Notes: generated by a model not told the origin, from the sequence alone. Counted from the first letter of the stretch, positions 8,525 to 16,959 are shown. The stretch is DNA of 32,000 bases from Pseudodesulfovibrio mercurii (GCF_000189295.2 NC_016803.1:630001-662000); one strand, 5' to 3'. Program-made: numbers and translations.

Positions 8525-9823
8525 ATGGATGTGATCAGACTCGGCCTCGGAGGCTTCGGCACGGTGGGCTCCGGCCTGGCCCGGATCCTGGAGATGAACG
8601 CGGACCGCATCGAGAAGCGGCTCGGCAAGCGCGTGGAGATCGCCAAGGTCCTGGTCCGCGACCTGACCAAGAAGCGAGCCTTCGATCCCGGCCCGACCGT
8701 GACCTTCACCGACGCCCCGGACGACCTGGTCAACGATCCGTCCATCGACATCGTGGTCGAGCTCATGGGCGGCCTGGACACGGCCAAGGACCTCATGCTC
8801 AAGGCGTTCGCCGCGGGCAAGCACGTGGTCACGGCCAACAAGCACCTGCTCGCCGAGCACGGCCTGGAGCTGTTCCAGGCCGCGGCGGACAACGGCGTGG
8901 GTCTGCTCTTCGAGGCCAGCTGCGCCGGGGGCATCCCCATCGTCCAGACCCTCAAGGAGAGCCTGGCGGGCGACAAGATCGTCAAGCTCCTGGGGATCAT
9001 GAACGGCACGGCCAACTACATTCTGTCCGAGATGACCACCAAGGGCGTGAACTTCGAGGCCGCCCTGGCCGATGCCCAGGACCTGGGCTACGCCGAGGCG
9101 GACCCGACCTTCGACATCGAGGGGTTCGACACGGCCCACAAGCTGTGCGTGCTCATCCGCATGGCCTACGGCGTGGACTACCCCCTGGCCGACCTGCCGG
9201 TGCAGGGCATCACCGGGGTGACGCCCATGGACATCGACTTCGCCAGGGAGTTCGGCTACCGCATCAAGCTCCTGGCCCATGTGGAGGACGTGCACGGCAA
9301 GCTCGAGGCGGGCGTGCACCCGGCCCTGGTGCCCTACACCTACCTGCTGGCGCGGGTGGGCGGCAACTACAACGCCGTGCGCCTGGAAGGCAACGCGGTG
9401 GGTCCGATCATGCTCCACGGCCAGGGCGCGGGCGACCTGCCCACGGGTTCCGCTGTGCTGGCGGACATCATGAACCTGGTGCGCAAGATCGGCGACGGCT
9501 GCGTGGGCCCGGACAACACCGGCTTCCACAACCAGCCGATCCCCAAGGCCAAAATCCTGCCGCCCGAGGAATCCGAGTCCAAGTACTACTTCCGCTTCAC
9601 CGTGGCCGACCGGACCGGCGTCATGGCCGCCATCACCCGGTCCATGGCCGACCACAACGTATCCATCGCCCAGGCGGTGCAGAAAGGCGAGGCCGGGGCC
9701 CAGGGCATCCCCCTGGTGATCATCACCCACGAGACCTCGGCCCGCGACGCGGACGCGGTCCTGGCCGAGATCGACGCCATGGACTTCTCGGTGGAGCCCT
9801 GCGTCAAATTCCGAATCCTGTAA
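8525..9823 (+). CDS. hom: Homoserine dehydrogenase
   Basis: ATG two nucleotides after the upstream stop, in frame within ORF 7850..9823. GLGGFGTVG nucleotide-binding loop, GIMNGTANYIL, and a C-terminal ACT-like domain. Confidence 0.93.
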   Translation: MDVIRLGLGGFGTVGSGLARILEMNADRIEKRLGKRVEIAKVLVRDLTKKRAFDPGPTVTFTDAPDDLVNDPSIDIVVELMGGLDTAKDLMLKAFAAGKHVVTANKHLLAEHGLELFQAAADNGVGLLFEASCAGGIPIVQTLKESLAGDKIVKLLGIMNGTANYILSEMTTKGVNFEAALADAQDLGYAEADPTFDIEGFDTAHKLCVLIRMAYGVDYPLADLPVQGITGVTPMDIDFAREFGYRIKLLAHVEDVHGKLEAGVHPALVPYTYLLARVGGNYNAVRLEGNAVGPIMLHGQGAGDLPTGSAVLADIMNLVRKIGDGCVGPDNTGFHNQPIPKAKILPPEESESKYYFRFTVADRTGVMAAITRSMADHNVSIAQAVQKGEAGAQGIPLVIITHETSARDADAVLAEIDAMDFSVEPCVKFRIL

Positions 9824-9847
9824 GACGGACCCATAGACGGACCTGAC

Positions 9848-11044
9848 ATGAAGCTTCTCTATCTCATTGCGGACGGCATGGGCGGCTGGCCCCTGGACGA
9901 ACTGGACGGCAGGACCACCATGGAGGCCGCCGTCACGCCGAACATGGACGAGCTGGCCGCCACCGGCGCGGTGGGCCTGGCGCAGACCGTGCCCGAGGGC
10001 ATGGCCCCCGGCTCGGACGTGGCCAACATGGCCCTGCTCGGCTTCGACCCGGCGACCTACCACACCGGACGCGGGCCCATCGAGGCGGCCGCCCAGGGGC
10101 TCTCCCTCGGGCCGGACGACCTGGTCTGGCGGCTCAACCTGGTCACTGTCTCCAAGCTGGCCATCGACGGGATCATGCGCGACTACTCCTCGGGGCACAT
10201 CGCCTCCGAGGTCTCGCGCCCCCTGGTGGAGCGGCTCCAGGAAAAGCTCGGCAACGAGACCTACGCCTTTTATCCGGGCATCCAGTACCGCCACCTACTG
10301 GTCCAGCGAGACGGGGCCCTGACCGACGACGCGCGGCTGTTCATCAACCCGCCCCACGACATCACGGACAAGCCCATCAAGCAGGACCTGCGCGCCTTTT
10401 CCCGCAGCCCGCAGCTGTGGGACCTGCTCTTCGAGGCCCGCGACCTGCTGGCCGACCGGACCCTGAACCGCTCGGCGGCCAACTCCATCTGGCCGTGGGG
10501 CCAGGGCCGTCCCCTGAGCCTGCCCGACTTCAAGGCGACCAACGGCCTGGACGGCGCGGTCATCTCGGCCGTTGACCTGATCAAGGGGCTCGGCTTCGCC
10601 TCGAACATGGCCGTCATCGACGTGCCCGGGGCCACCGGCCTGCTCGACACCAACTACGAGGGCAAGGTGGCGGCGGCGCTCAAGTTCCTCGAAGACCACG
10701 ACTTCGTCTTCGTGCACCTGGAAGGCCCGGACGAGTGCGGCCACGGCGGCAGCGCCAAGGACAAGGTGGAGGCCATCTCCCGGTTCGACGCCCGCATCGT
10801 GGCCCCCCTGCGCGCGGCCCTCAAGAACGTGGAGACCGCCTGGATCGTGACCTGCGACCACTTCACGCCCATCAGGGAAAAGACCCATACCTCGGACCCG
10901 GTACCCTTCCTCCTCAACGGACCCGGCTGCGCCCCGTCCGGGGTGGACGGCTTCAGCGAGAAGAACGCCGCGACCTCGGGCCTGAAGCTGGACCGGGGGC
11001 ACGAGCTGCTGGCCCACGCCCTCAAGACCTTCGGGATACGATAA
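9848..11044 (+). CDS. ApgM-family (archaeal-type cofactor-independent phosphoglycerate mutase-like) metalloenzyme; possibly a non-canonical homoserine kinase
   Basis: MKLLYLIADGMGGWP...TPNMDELA...SDVANMALLGFDP...VHLEGPDECGHG matches the alkaline-phosphatase-superfamily ApgM pattern. It starts 24 nt after hom. Confidence 0.85.
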   Translation: MKLLYLIADGMGGWPLDELDGRTTMEAAVTPNMDELAATGAVGLAQTVPEGMAPGSDVANMALLGFDPATYHTGRGPIEAAAQGLSLGPDDLVWRLNLVTVSKLAIDGIMRDYSSGHIASEVSRPLVERLQEKLGNETYAFYPGIQYRHLLVQRDGALTDDARLFINPPHDITDKPIKQDLRAFSRSPQLWDLLFEARDLLADRTLNRSAANSIWPWGQGRPLSLPDFKATNGLDGAVISAVDLIKGLGFASNMAVIDVPGATGLLDTNYEGKVAAALKFLEDHDFVFVHLEGPDECGHGGSAKDKVEAISRFDARIVAPLRAALKNVETAWIVTCDHFTPIREKTHTSDPVPFLLNGPGCAPSGVDGFSEKNAATSGLKLDRGHELLAHALKTFGIR

Positions 11045-11463
11045 TGGCCCCCAGAGCACCCTTTCCCGAACGCGACGGCTGGTACACCCACTTCGTCTCC
11101 TACGGCGAGACCGACGCCATGGCCGTGGTCTACCACGCCGAATACCTGCACCTGTTCGAACGGTCCCGCAGCCAGTTCATGCGTGACACAGGCATCAGCT
11201 ACCGCGTGGCCGAGGAGCGCGGGATCATGCTGCCCGCGCGCCAGGCCCAGTGCCGCTACCGCACGCCCATCCGCTACGACGACCGCATCCACGTACGCTG
11301 CGGCATCTCCAAGTGGGGCCGCGCCTCGGTGGAGTTCGTCTACGAGGTCTGGAACGACGACAAGACCGTGCTCCACGCCACGGGCATGACCGAACACGCC
11401 TGCGTCAACCTCAAGGGCAGACCCGTGCCCATCCCGGACTGGCTCCGCGAACTGTTCCAGTAG
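11044..11463 (+). CDS. YbgC/4HBT-family acyl-CoA thioesterase
   Basis: The internal ATG overlaps the upstream stop (TAATG). ETDAMAVVYHAEYLHLFERSR is the hot-dog-fold YbgC signature. 139 aa. Confidence 0.85.
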   Translation: MAPRAPFPERDGWYTHFVSYGETDAMAVVYHAEYLHLFERSRSQFMRDTGISYRVAEERGIMLPARQAQCRYRTPIRYDDRIHVRCGISKWGRASVEFVYEVWNDDKTVLHATGMTEHACVNLKGRPVPIPDWLRELFQ

Positions 11464-11505
11464 CCCGAGCGCCCGCGAACCCCGCCCTGGAGGGGATTCA
11501 TACAA

Positions 11506-12330
11506 GTGTTTGCATCTCCGCGGCCGTCCGGGTACAACACCGCCATGCGCATCGACATCCACACCCACGCCTTCCACAACAAGATCGCCGACAAGGCCGT
11601 CGGCCATCTGGTGGATCATTACGGCATCACCCCCGTGGGCACGGGCAAGGCCGACGACCTCATCGCCCGCCTCGATCGGGCGGGCCTGGACAAGGCCGTG
11701 GTCCTGGCGGCCGCCACCTCGCCTCGTCAGGTGGTCCCGGCCAACGACTGGGCCATCGAACTGAAGAAGACCGCGCCCCGGTTCATCCCCTTCGGCACCC
11801 TGCATCCCGGCTACGACCGCAACGCCGAGGAACTGGAGCGGCTGGCCGAGAACGGCATACGGGGACTCAAGTTCCACCCCGATTTCCAGGGGTTCCGCAT
11901 GGACGACCCGGCCTTCTACGACCTCATGGAGCTGGTGGACGAGCGATTCATATGCATGTTCCACGTGGGCGACGACCTGCCCCCGGCGCTGAACCCCTCC
12001 TGCCCCATGAAGATGGCCGCCCTGCGCCGGGCCTTTCCCCGGCCGGTCATGATCGCGGCCCACATGGGCGGGCTCAAGCAGTGGGAATACGCCATGGAGC
12101 ACCTGGCGGGCCTGGACGTGTACGTGGACTGTTCCAGCGTCATGGACTTCGTGGACGACGACCTGCTCAAGCGGCTGGTGGACGCCTTCACCCCGGACCG
12201 CATCCTGTTCGGCAGCGATTATCCCCTGTACGACGCGGGGGAGGAGATCCGGCGCATCACCGAGCGCCTCGGCCTGTCCGAGGAGCGCGTGGACGCCTTC
12301 CTGAACCGCGCGGGCAAACTTTTTGCGTAA
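11506..12330 (+). CDS. Amidohydrolase-2 family (TIM-barrel metal-dependent hydrolase)
   Basis: MRIDIHTHAFH metal-binding motif and the later FHVGDD. The start is uncertain: GTG 11506 has GGAGG 12 nt upstream, while ATG 11545 gives the usual MRIDIHTH N-terminus. Confidence 0.8.
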   Translation: MFASPRPSGYNTAMRIDIHTHAFHNKIADKAVGHLVDHYGITPVGTGKADDLIARLDRAGLDKAVVLAAATSPRQVVPANDWAIELKKTAPRFIPFGTLHPGYDRNAEELERLAENGIRGLKFHPDFQGFRMDDPAFYDLMELVDERFICMFHVGDDLPPALNPSCPMKMAALRRAFPRPVMIAAHMGGLKQWEYAMEHLAGLDVYVDCSSVMDFVDDDLLKRLVDAFTPDRILFGSDYPLYDAGEEIRRITERLGLSEERVDAFLNRAGKLFA

Positions 12331-12418
12331 TTTCGACCGCGTTTTCCATTTTGGCGTTGATAAATCGCCCGATTTGGGGCTAGTCTGGCCCCATTATCGT
12401 AACAATGGGGAGTTTTCC

Positions 12419-12640
12419 ATGTCCGCATTGCCCAAACTGCTCGCCGCCTGCCTCCTGACCGTGGTCCTGGCTGGCTGCATGACGACCAGCTACAAGATCA
12501 CCACCACGGACGGGCAGATATACATTGCCCAGGACAATCCCGTCTACGACGTCTCCACAGACACCTACGCCTTCACCGACGAGAACGGCAAACAGGTGAC
12601 CCTGGAAAAGCAGGAGATCAAGCTCATCAAGGAGCAGTAG
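12419..12640 (+). CDS. YgdI/YgdR-family (DUF903) small lipoprotein
   Basis: Internal ATG with GGGGAG upstream. It has a signal peptide ending in the lipobox LAGC. The mature part TTSYKITTTDGQIYIAQDNP...DENGKQVTLEKQEIKLIKE parallels E. coli YgdI. Confidence 0.8.
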   Translation: MSALPKLLAACLLTVVLAGCMTTSYKITTTDGQIYIAQDNPVYDVSTDTYAFTDENGKQVTLEKQEIKLIKEQ

Positions 12641-12654
12641 CCCCCCCGACAGCG

Positions 12655-12682
12655 AAAAGCCCCGGCAGGACCGGGGCTTTTT
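12655..12682. terminator. Bidirectional rho-independent terminator between convergent genes
   Basis: AAAAGCCCCGG (cagga) CCGGGGCTTTTT. The perfect stem is flanked by an A-run and a T-run, so it can serve both strands. Confidence 0.75.
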
Positions 12683-12692
12683 CCTTGGCGCT

Positions 12693-13154
12693 CTAGGTGA
12701 ACAGGCAGAGGTCGCACTGGCTCGCGTACTTGATGAACTCCTCGGCGGTCCAGACCTCGACCCCTTCCACGAAGTCCTCCTGCTTCAGCTTCATCATCGA
12801 CATGGTCATGTGGCAGGCCACGAACTTGACCCCTTCCAGCTGGGCCATCTCGAACATTTCGGCCGCGTCCGGGATGTTGGCCTCGTTCATCCACTTCTTC
12901 ATCATGCTCGTGGCCAGGTGCGGCATGCCCGGAATGGCGCCCATGGTGCCCTCGGGGTAGAACTTCAGCTTCTCGATGCCGCCGGGCCGGATCACGTCCA
13001 TGCCCATGAAGGTGTAGAAAATGGTCGCGTCGTTGCCGAGCCGCCGCGAGTTGAGCGCCATGACCAGCGCGGGCATGGCCCCGTCCAGGGTTCCTCGGGA
13101 GGTGATGAAGGCGTGCTTCTGCTTTCCGCCTTCGTTCTTGGTTGCATCAGACAT
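12693..13154 (-). CDS. DsrE/DsrF/DrsH-like (DrsE_2) family protein
   Basis: Internal ATG with GGAGGATG upstream. FYTFMGMDVI...MMKKWM...GVKFVACHMTMSMMKLKQEDFVEGVE...LFT follows the DrsE_2 pattern, including the conserved Cys. Confidence 0.8.
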   Translation of the reverse strand: MSDATKNEGGKQKHAFITSRGTLDGAMPALVMALNSRRLGNDATIFYTFMGMDVIRPGGIEKLKFYPEGTMGAIPGMPHLATSMMKKWMNEANIPDAAEMFEMAQLEGVKFVACHMTMSMMKLKQEDFVEGVEVWTAEEFIKYASQCDLCLFT

Positions 13155-13167
13155 GACATCCTCCATA

Positions 13168-13186
13168 TTGTTAATGATATGAACAA
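13168..13186. promoter_or_regulatory. 19-bp palindromic operator candidate upstream of the DrsE_2 gene
   Basis: TTGTTAAT-gat-ATGAACAA lies immediately upstream of the DrsE_2 Shine-Dalgarno. It is nearly identical to the palindrome at the marR start. Confidence 0.5.
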
Positions 13187-13201
13187 ATCCCTCAAAAAAA
13201 A

Positions 13202-13672
13202 TCAGGCCATCAAATCCCTGACCGACTTCATGTGCCGCGAAAGCAGGGACAGGGAATGGAGCAGCTCGGCGCGCTGCTCGGGATTGAACCATGCCAGCAC
13301 GGCCTGGTGCGCCTCGAAGCGGAACCGGGCGATCTCCCCGATGAGCCGCCCGCCCTCGGGCGTCAGGGAGAGGAGCTTGACGCGCGAGTCGGCGGGATCG
13401 GGCAGGGACGCCAGCAGACCGCGCCGGACAAGGGCCGAGACCAGCTTGGTCACCCGGCTCTTGGCCACGTTCAGGCGGTAGGCCAGTCCCTTGGCCGTCA
13501 GGTAACGCTCCCCTTCGAAGAGCAGCAGGCAGCGCAGCTCGGCGTCGGGCAGCTCGAACCGCTCGCTCTGGTATTGCAGCCGTTCGCGGCAGCACTGGAA
13601 CAGGGACTCCATCAGGTGCTCGAATTCGACCACGTCGCGGTCTGGTATGCGGGTATCAATATTTTTGTTCAT
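13202..13672 (-). CDS. MarR-family transcriptional regulator
   Basis: Winged-helix region LTAKGLAYRLNVAKSRVTKLVSALVRRGLL...DSRVKLLSLTPEG. The start is taken at ATG 13672 (MNKNID), which has no Shine-Dalgarno and may be leaderless. ATG 13690 is an alternative start. Confidence 0.85.
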   Translation of the reverse strand: MNKNIDTRIPDRDVVEFEHLMESLFQCCRERLQYQSERFELPDAELRCLLLFEGERYLTAKGLAYRLNVAKSRVTKLVSALVRRGLLASLPDPADSRVKLLSLTPEGGRLIGEIARFRFEAHQAVLAWFNPEQRAELLHSLSLLSRHMKSVRDLMA

Positions 13673-13695
13673 GGTATGAACAATACCCATTGTTC
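13665..13695. promoter_or_regulatory. Overlapping palindromic operator array at the marR start
   Basis: TTGTTCAT-ggt-ATGAACAA (13665-13683) overlaps GAACAAT-accc-ATTGTTC (13678-13695). This gives three alternating GAACAA half-sites. Confidence 0.5.
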
Positions 13696-13707
13696 GTCGA
13701 AAGTCAA
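13680..13707 (-). promoter_or_regulatory. Sigma70-type promoter candidate for marR
   Basis: On the minus strand: TTGACT (13707-13702), a 16-nt spacer, TATTGT (13685-13680), then 7 nt to the marR ATG. This implies a leaderless transcript. Confidence 0.4.
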
Positions 13708-13729
13708 GGGAAAGAGGACGGACCACGTG

Positions 13730-13764
13730 AAAACCCCCTCCGGGCCGGGGCCGGGAGGGGGTTT
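13730..13764 (-). terminator. GC-rich hairpin downstream of the ABC permease gene (probable terminator)
   Basis: On the minus strand, AAACCCCCTCC (12-nt GC loop) GGAGGGGGTTT is followed by TC. The T-tail is short, so efficiency is uncertain. Confidence 0.45.
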
Positions 13765-13807
13765 CAGGCAGGGATGACGGCGGACGCCGTTCCGGGGTCG
13801 CCGGGCG

Positions 13808-14521
13808 CTAGCCCAGGTCCGGGACGGCCCCCTTCTTTTCCGTGCGCGCCCCGCTGCCCGCGGAGAGTTTGCGCTCCAGGGCGTTGAACAGGCGCGAGAA
13901 GCCGAAGGTCAGCACCAGGTAGATGCAGCCCACGCCCACCAGGAACGGCACGTAGGTGTAGTAGCGCGCGCCCAGGACCTTGGCCGTGAACATGAGCTCG
14001 GCCACGCCGATGGTGGAGATGAGCGACGAGTCCTTGAGCAGGACGATGAGCTCGTTGCCGAGCGGCGGAATCATCCGCTTGAGGGCCTGGGGCAGGATGA
14101 CGTGGAACATGGCCTGGGTGTGGGACAGGCCGGTGGATCGCGCGGCCTCCATCTGGCCCTTGTTGATGGACTGGATGCCCGCGCGGATGATCTCGGCGTT
14201 GTACGCCCCGCTGTTGATGCCGAGCGCCACGATGCCGGTGATCAGCGGATCGGGAGTGAACCCGTCGCCCGTGGCCAGCATGTAGAGCTGGGGAAAACCG
14301 AGGTAGAAGAAGAATATCTGGAGCAGCATGGGGGTGCCGCGGATGACCTGGATGTAGACGTCGGCGATCACCCTGATCTGCACGCGGCGGCTGATGCGCC
14401 CGGTCCCGGCCAGGATGCCGAGAAAAAGCCCCAGGGCCAGGGCCCCGAAGGTCACCTGGAGGGTGATCCAGGCCCCGTGCAGGAGCATGTCCTGGTGTTT
14501 GAAAAGCAGCGAGAAATCCAT
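13808..14521 (-). CDS. Polar amino-acid ABC transporter permease (HisM/GlnP type)
   Basis: EAA-loop region QMEAARSTGLSHTQAMFHVILPQALKRMIPPLGNE. 237 aa and multi-pass hydrophobic. Confidence 0.92.
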   Translation of the reverse strand: MDFSLLFKHQDMLLHGAWITLQVTFGALALGLFLGILAGTGRISRRVQIRVIADVYIQVIRGTPMLLQIFFFYLGFPQLYMLATGDGFTPDPLITGIVALGINSGAYNAEIIRAGIQSINKGQMEAARSTGLSHTQAMFHVILPQALKRMIPPLGNELIVLLKDSSLISTIGVAELMFTAKVLGARYYTYVPFLVGVGCIYLVLTFGFSRLFNALERKLSAGSGARTEKKGAVPDLG

Positions 14522-14535
14522 CGCCGGACCTCCTG

Positions 14536-14568
14536 AAAAAAAGAGGCCGGGGACCTGCGCCCCCGGCC
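14536..14568 (-). terminator. Intercistronic terminator-like hairpin (possible attenuator) between the binding-protein and permease genes
   Basis: On the minus strand, GGCCGGGG (7-8-nt loop) CCCCGGCC is followed by TCTTTTTTT, directly ahead of the permease AGGAGG Shine-Dalgarno. Confidence 0.55.
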
Positions 14569-14582
14569 CGGTTGCGACTAGA

Positions 14583-15344
14583 CTAGAGGTTCCACTTCTT
14601 GACGATGGCGGCGTAGGTGCCGTCCGCCTTGACCGCCTCCAGACCCTGGTTCAGGGCCTGCAGCAGGGCGTCGTTGCCCTTGCGGGTGATCATGGCGAAT
14701 TCTTCAAAGGTCAGGGGCTCGCCGGCGCGCTTGAACTTGCCCTGCTTGACGAACTCGTCGGCCACGGAGATGTCGGCGACGACCGCGTCCGCGACCTTGT
14801 TGCCGAGCATCATGAAGGCGATGTTGTAGCTCTCGGGCTTGACCACTTCGGCGCCCTCGATCTTGTCGGCCTCCTGCTCGCCGGTGGTGCCCAGCTGGAC
14901 CGCGATCTTTTTGCCCTTGAGGTCGGCGGCGGACTTGATGTCAGAGTCGTTGCGCACGACCAGGGCCTGGCCGCTGGCGAAGTACGGGGCGGAGAAGCTG
15001 ACCTGCCCGGCGCGCTCCGGGGTGACGGAGAAGCCGGACATGCCCATGTCCACCTGACCGCTCTGGGTGGCGGTGACGATGGCCGCGAAGTCCATGGTCA
15101 CCCACTGGACCTTGACGCCCATCTTGGCGGCGATGGCGTTCAGCAGGTCCACGTCGAAGCCGACGCGCTCGCCGCCGTCGCCGATGGACTCGAACGGCGG
15201 GTAGTCCGGGGAGTTGCCCACGGTGATGACGCCCTTGGCCTTGATCTTGTCCAGGGTGGTTCCGGCCTGGGCGAAGGTGGCGAAGGCGCACAGCGAGATG
15301 ATCGCGGCGAGCATAAGCAGCATGCGCATTTTGTTGAACTTCAT
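14583..15344 (-). CDS. Polar amino-acid ABC transporter substrate-binding protein (family 3)
   Basis: Signal peptide, then GTTLDKIKAKGVITVGNSPDYPPFE and GFDVDL motifs. AAGGAGAA lies upstream. Confidence 0.92.
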   Translation of the reverse strand: MKFNKMRMLLMLAAIISLCAFATFAQAGTTLDKIKAKGVITVGNSPDYPPFESIGDGGERVGFDVDLLNAIAAKMGVKVQWVTMDFAAIVTATQSGQVDMGMSGFSVTPERAGQVSFSAPYFASGQALVVRNDSDIKSAADLKGKKIAVQLGTTGEQEADKIEGAEVVKPESYNIAFMMLGNKVADAVVADISVADEFVKQGKFKRAGEPLTFEEFAMITRKGNDALLQALNQGLEAVKADGTYAAIVKKWNL

Positions 15345-15420
15345 ATCATTCTCCTTGCTGATGGATTAATGGGATCAATCCGGTCGGGGAACCGGAAAAT
15401 TCGTTTTCGTCGAGGCGGGA

Positions 15421-16956
15421 TCAATCGACGATGCCGGCCATGAGCGGGCCGATCCTGCGGGTGATGCCCTTGCCGGAGTTGTCGAGGATGTCCAGGATGC
15501 GGCCGCGATAGATGACCGCCACGCGGTCGGCCAGTTGCAGGGCCTCGTTGAGGTCACCGGTGACCAGGAGCACCCCGGCCATGGCGCGGGCCTCCAGCAG
15601 CCGGTTCCAGACCTCCTCGGTGGCCGAAACGTCCAGTCCCTGGGTGGGCTGCTCGGCCACGATGAGCTTGGGCTCGCGGTACAGTTCGCGGGCCAGGACG
15701 GCCTTCTGCAGGTTGCCGCCCGAGAGCTGCCAGGCCAGGGCGTGGATGCGGCCCGGCCGGATGTCGAACTTCTCGATGAGCCGGACCGTGTGCTTGGCCG
15801 CCCGCTTCTTGTCCAGCCAGGGACCCTTGGCGAACCCGTCGCGCGTGGTCAGGAGCAGGTTGTCCACCAGGTTCTGGTTGGGCAGCGTGGCCAGGCCGAG
15901 CCGGTCCTCGGGGATGTAGCACATGGACCGGTTCCAGGTGGACTCGGCAAAAAACTGCCGCCACGGCTTGCCCATGATGAAGACCGTGTCCAGCGGCGGC
16001 TTGACCAGGCCGGTGACGGCCTCGACCAGGGCCTTCTGGCCGTTGCCCGCCACGCCCACCAGGGCCACGATCTCGCCCCGGCGCACGTCCAGGTCCACCT
16101 CGGTGAGCCCCAGGCCGGTCAGGTTCCGGACCTCCAGGACCTTGTCGCCGATCTCGGCGGGCATGCGGTCCACCTCCAGGAGCACCTCCTTGCCGACCAT
16201 GCGCGAGGCCAGGTCCGCCTTGGATTCGATGGACTCCGGGTCCAGTTCGCCCTCGATGCGGCCGCGCCGCAGGATGGCGATCTCGTCGGCCAGGGCGATG
16301 ACCTCCTCCAGCTTGTGGGAGATGAAGATGATCGCCTTGCCCTGCTCGGTCATGCGCCACAGGACCTCGAAAAGATTGCGGGTCTCCTCCGGGGTGAGGA
16401 CCGCCGTGGGCTCGTCGAAGATGAGGATGCGGCTCTCGCGATACAAAAGTTTGAGGATCTCCACCAACTGGCGCTCGCCCATGGACAGCTCGCAGATGCG
16501 CGCGGCCGGATCGATGTTCAGGCCGTACTTTTCGGCCAGCCCGCCCACCCGGTGCTCCATCTCGCGCTGGGAGACGAAGAAGCCCCCTTCCTGGCCGAGC
16601 AGGACGTTCTCGGCCACGGTCATGGAATCCACGAGCATGAAGTGCTGGTAGACCATGCCGATGCCCGCCCGGATGGCGTCCTTGGAGGAGCTGAAGCGAA
16701 CCGGCGCGCCGTCGATCTCAATGGTCCCCTCGTCCGGCTTGTAGCGGCCCGCGAGCATGGACATCATGGTGGACTTGCCCGCCCCGTTCTCGCCGAGCAG
16801 GGCCTTGATCCGGCCGGGGTAGACGTCCAGGGTGATGGCGTCGTTGGCCAGGACCTTGCCGAACCGCTTGGTCAGCCCCTTGAGGGCGACCACGGGCTGC
16901 GTGCCCTCGGGGATGGGCCGCGTGCGCACCGGCCGGACGAACTTCAGGTCGGTCAT
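15421..16956 (-). CDS. ABC transporter ATP-binding protein with duplicated ATPase domains (BMP/nucleoside-sugar type)
   Basis: Walker A GENGAGKST, signature LSMGERQ, a second signature LSGGNLQK, and the 511-aa two-domain architecture. Confidence 0.93.
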   Translation of the reverse strand: MTDLKFVRPVRTRPIPEGTQPVVALKGLTKRFGKVLANDAITLDVYPGRIKALLGENGAGKSTMMSMLAGRYKPDEGTIEIDGAPVRFSSSKDAIRAGIGMVYQHFMLVDSMTVAENVLLGQEGGFFVSQREMEHRVGGLAEKYGLNIDPAARICELSMGERQLVEILKLLYRESRILIFDEPTAVLTPEETRNLFEVLWRMTEQGKAIIFISHKLEEVIALADEIAILRRGRIEGELDPESIESKADLASRMVGKEVLLEVDRMPAEIGDKVLEVRNLTGLGLTEVDLDVRRGEIVALVGVAGNGQKALVEAVTGLVKPPLDTVFIMGKPWRQFFAESTWNRSMCYIPEDRLGLATLPNQNLVDNLLLTTRDGFAKGPWLDKKRAAKHTVRLIEKFDIRPGRIHALAWQLSGGNLQKAVLARELYREPKLIVAEQPTQGLDVSATEEVWNRLLEARAMAGVLLVTGDLNEALQLADRVAVIYRGRILDILDNSGKGITRRIGPLMAGIVD

Positions 16957-16959
16957 CCC

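Noticed and set aside
12693-13595. 300-aa version of the DrsE_2 ORF extending over marR
   Set aside because: The extension overlaps the MarR gene in another frame and is Arg/Ala/Pro-rich. The family-typical protein starts at ATG 13154 with a strong GGAGG.
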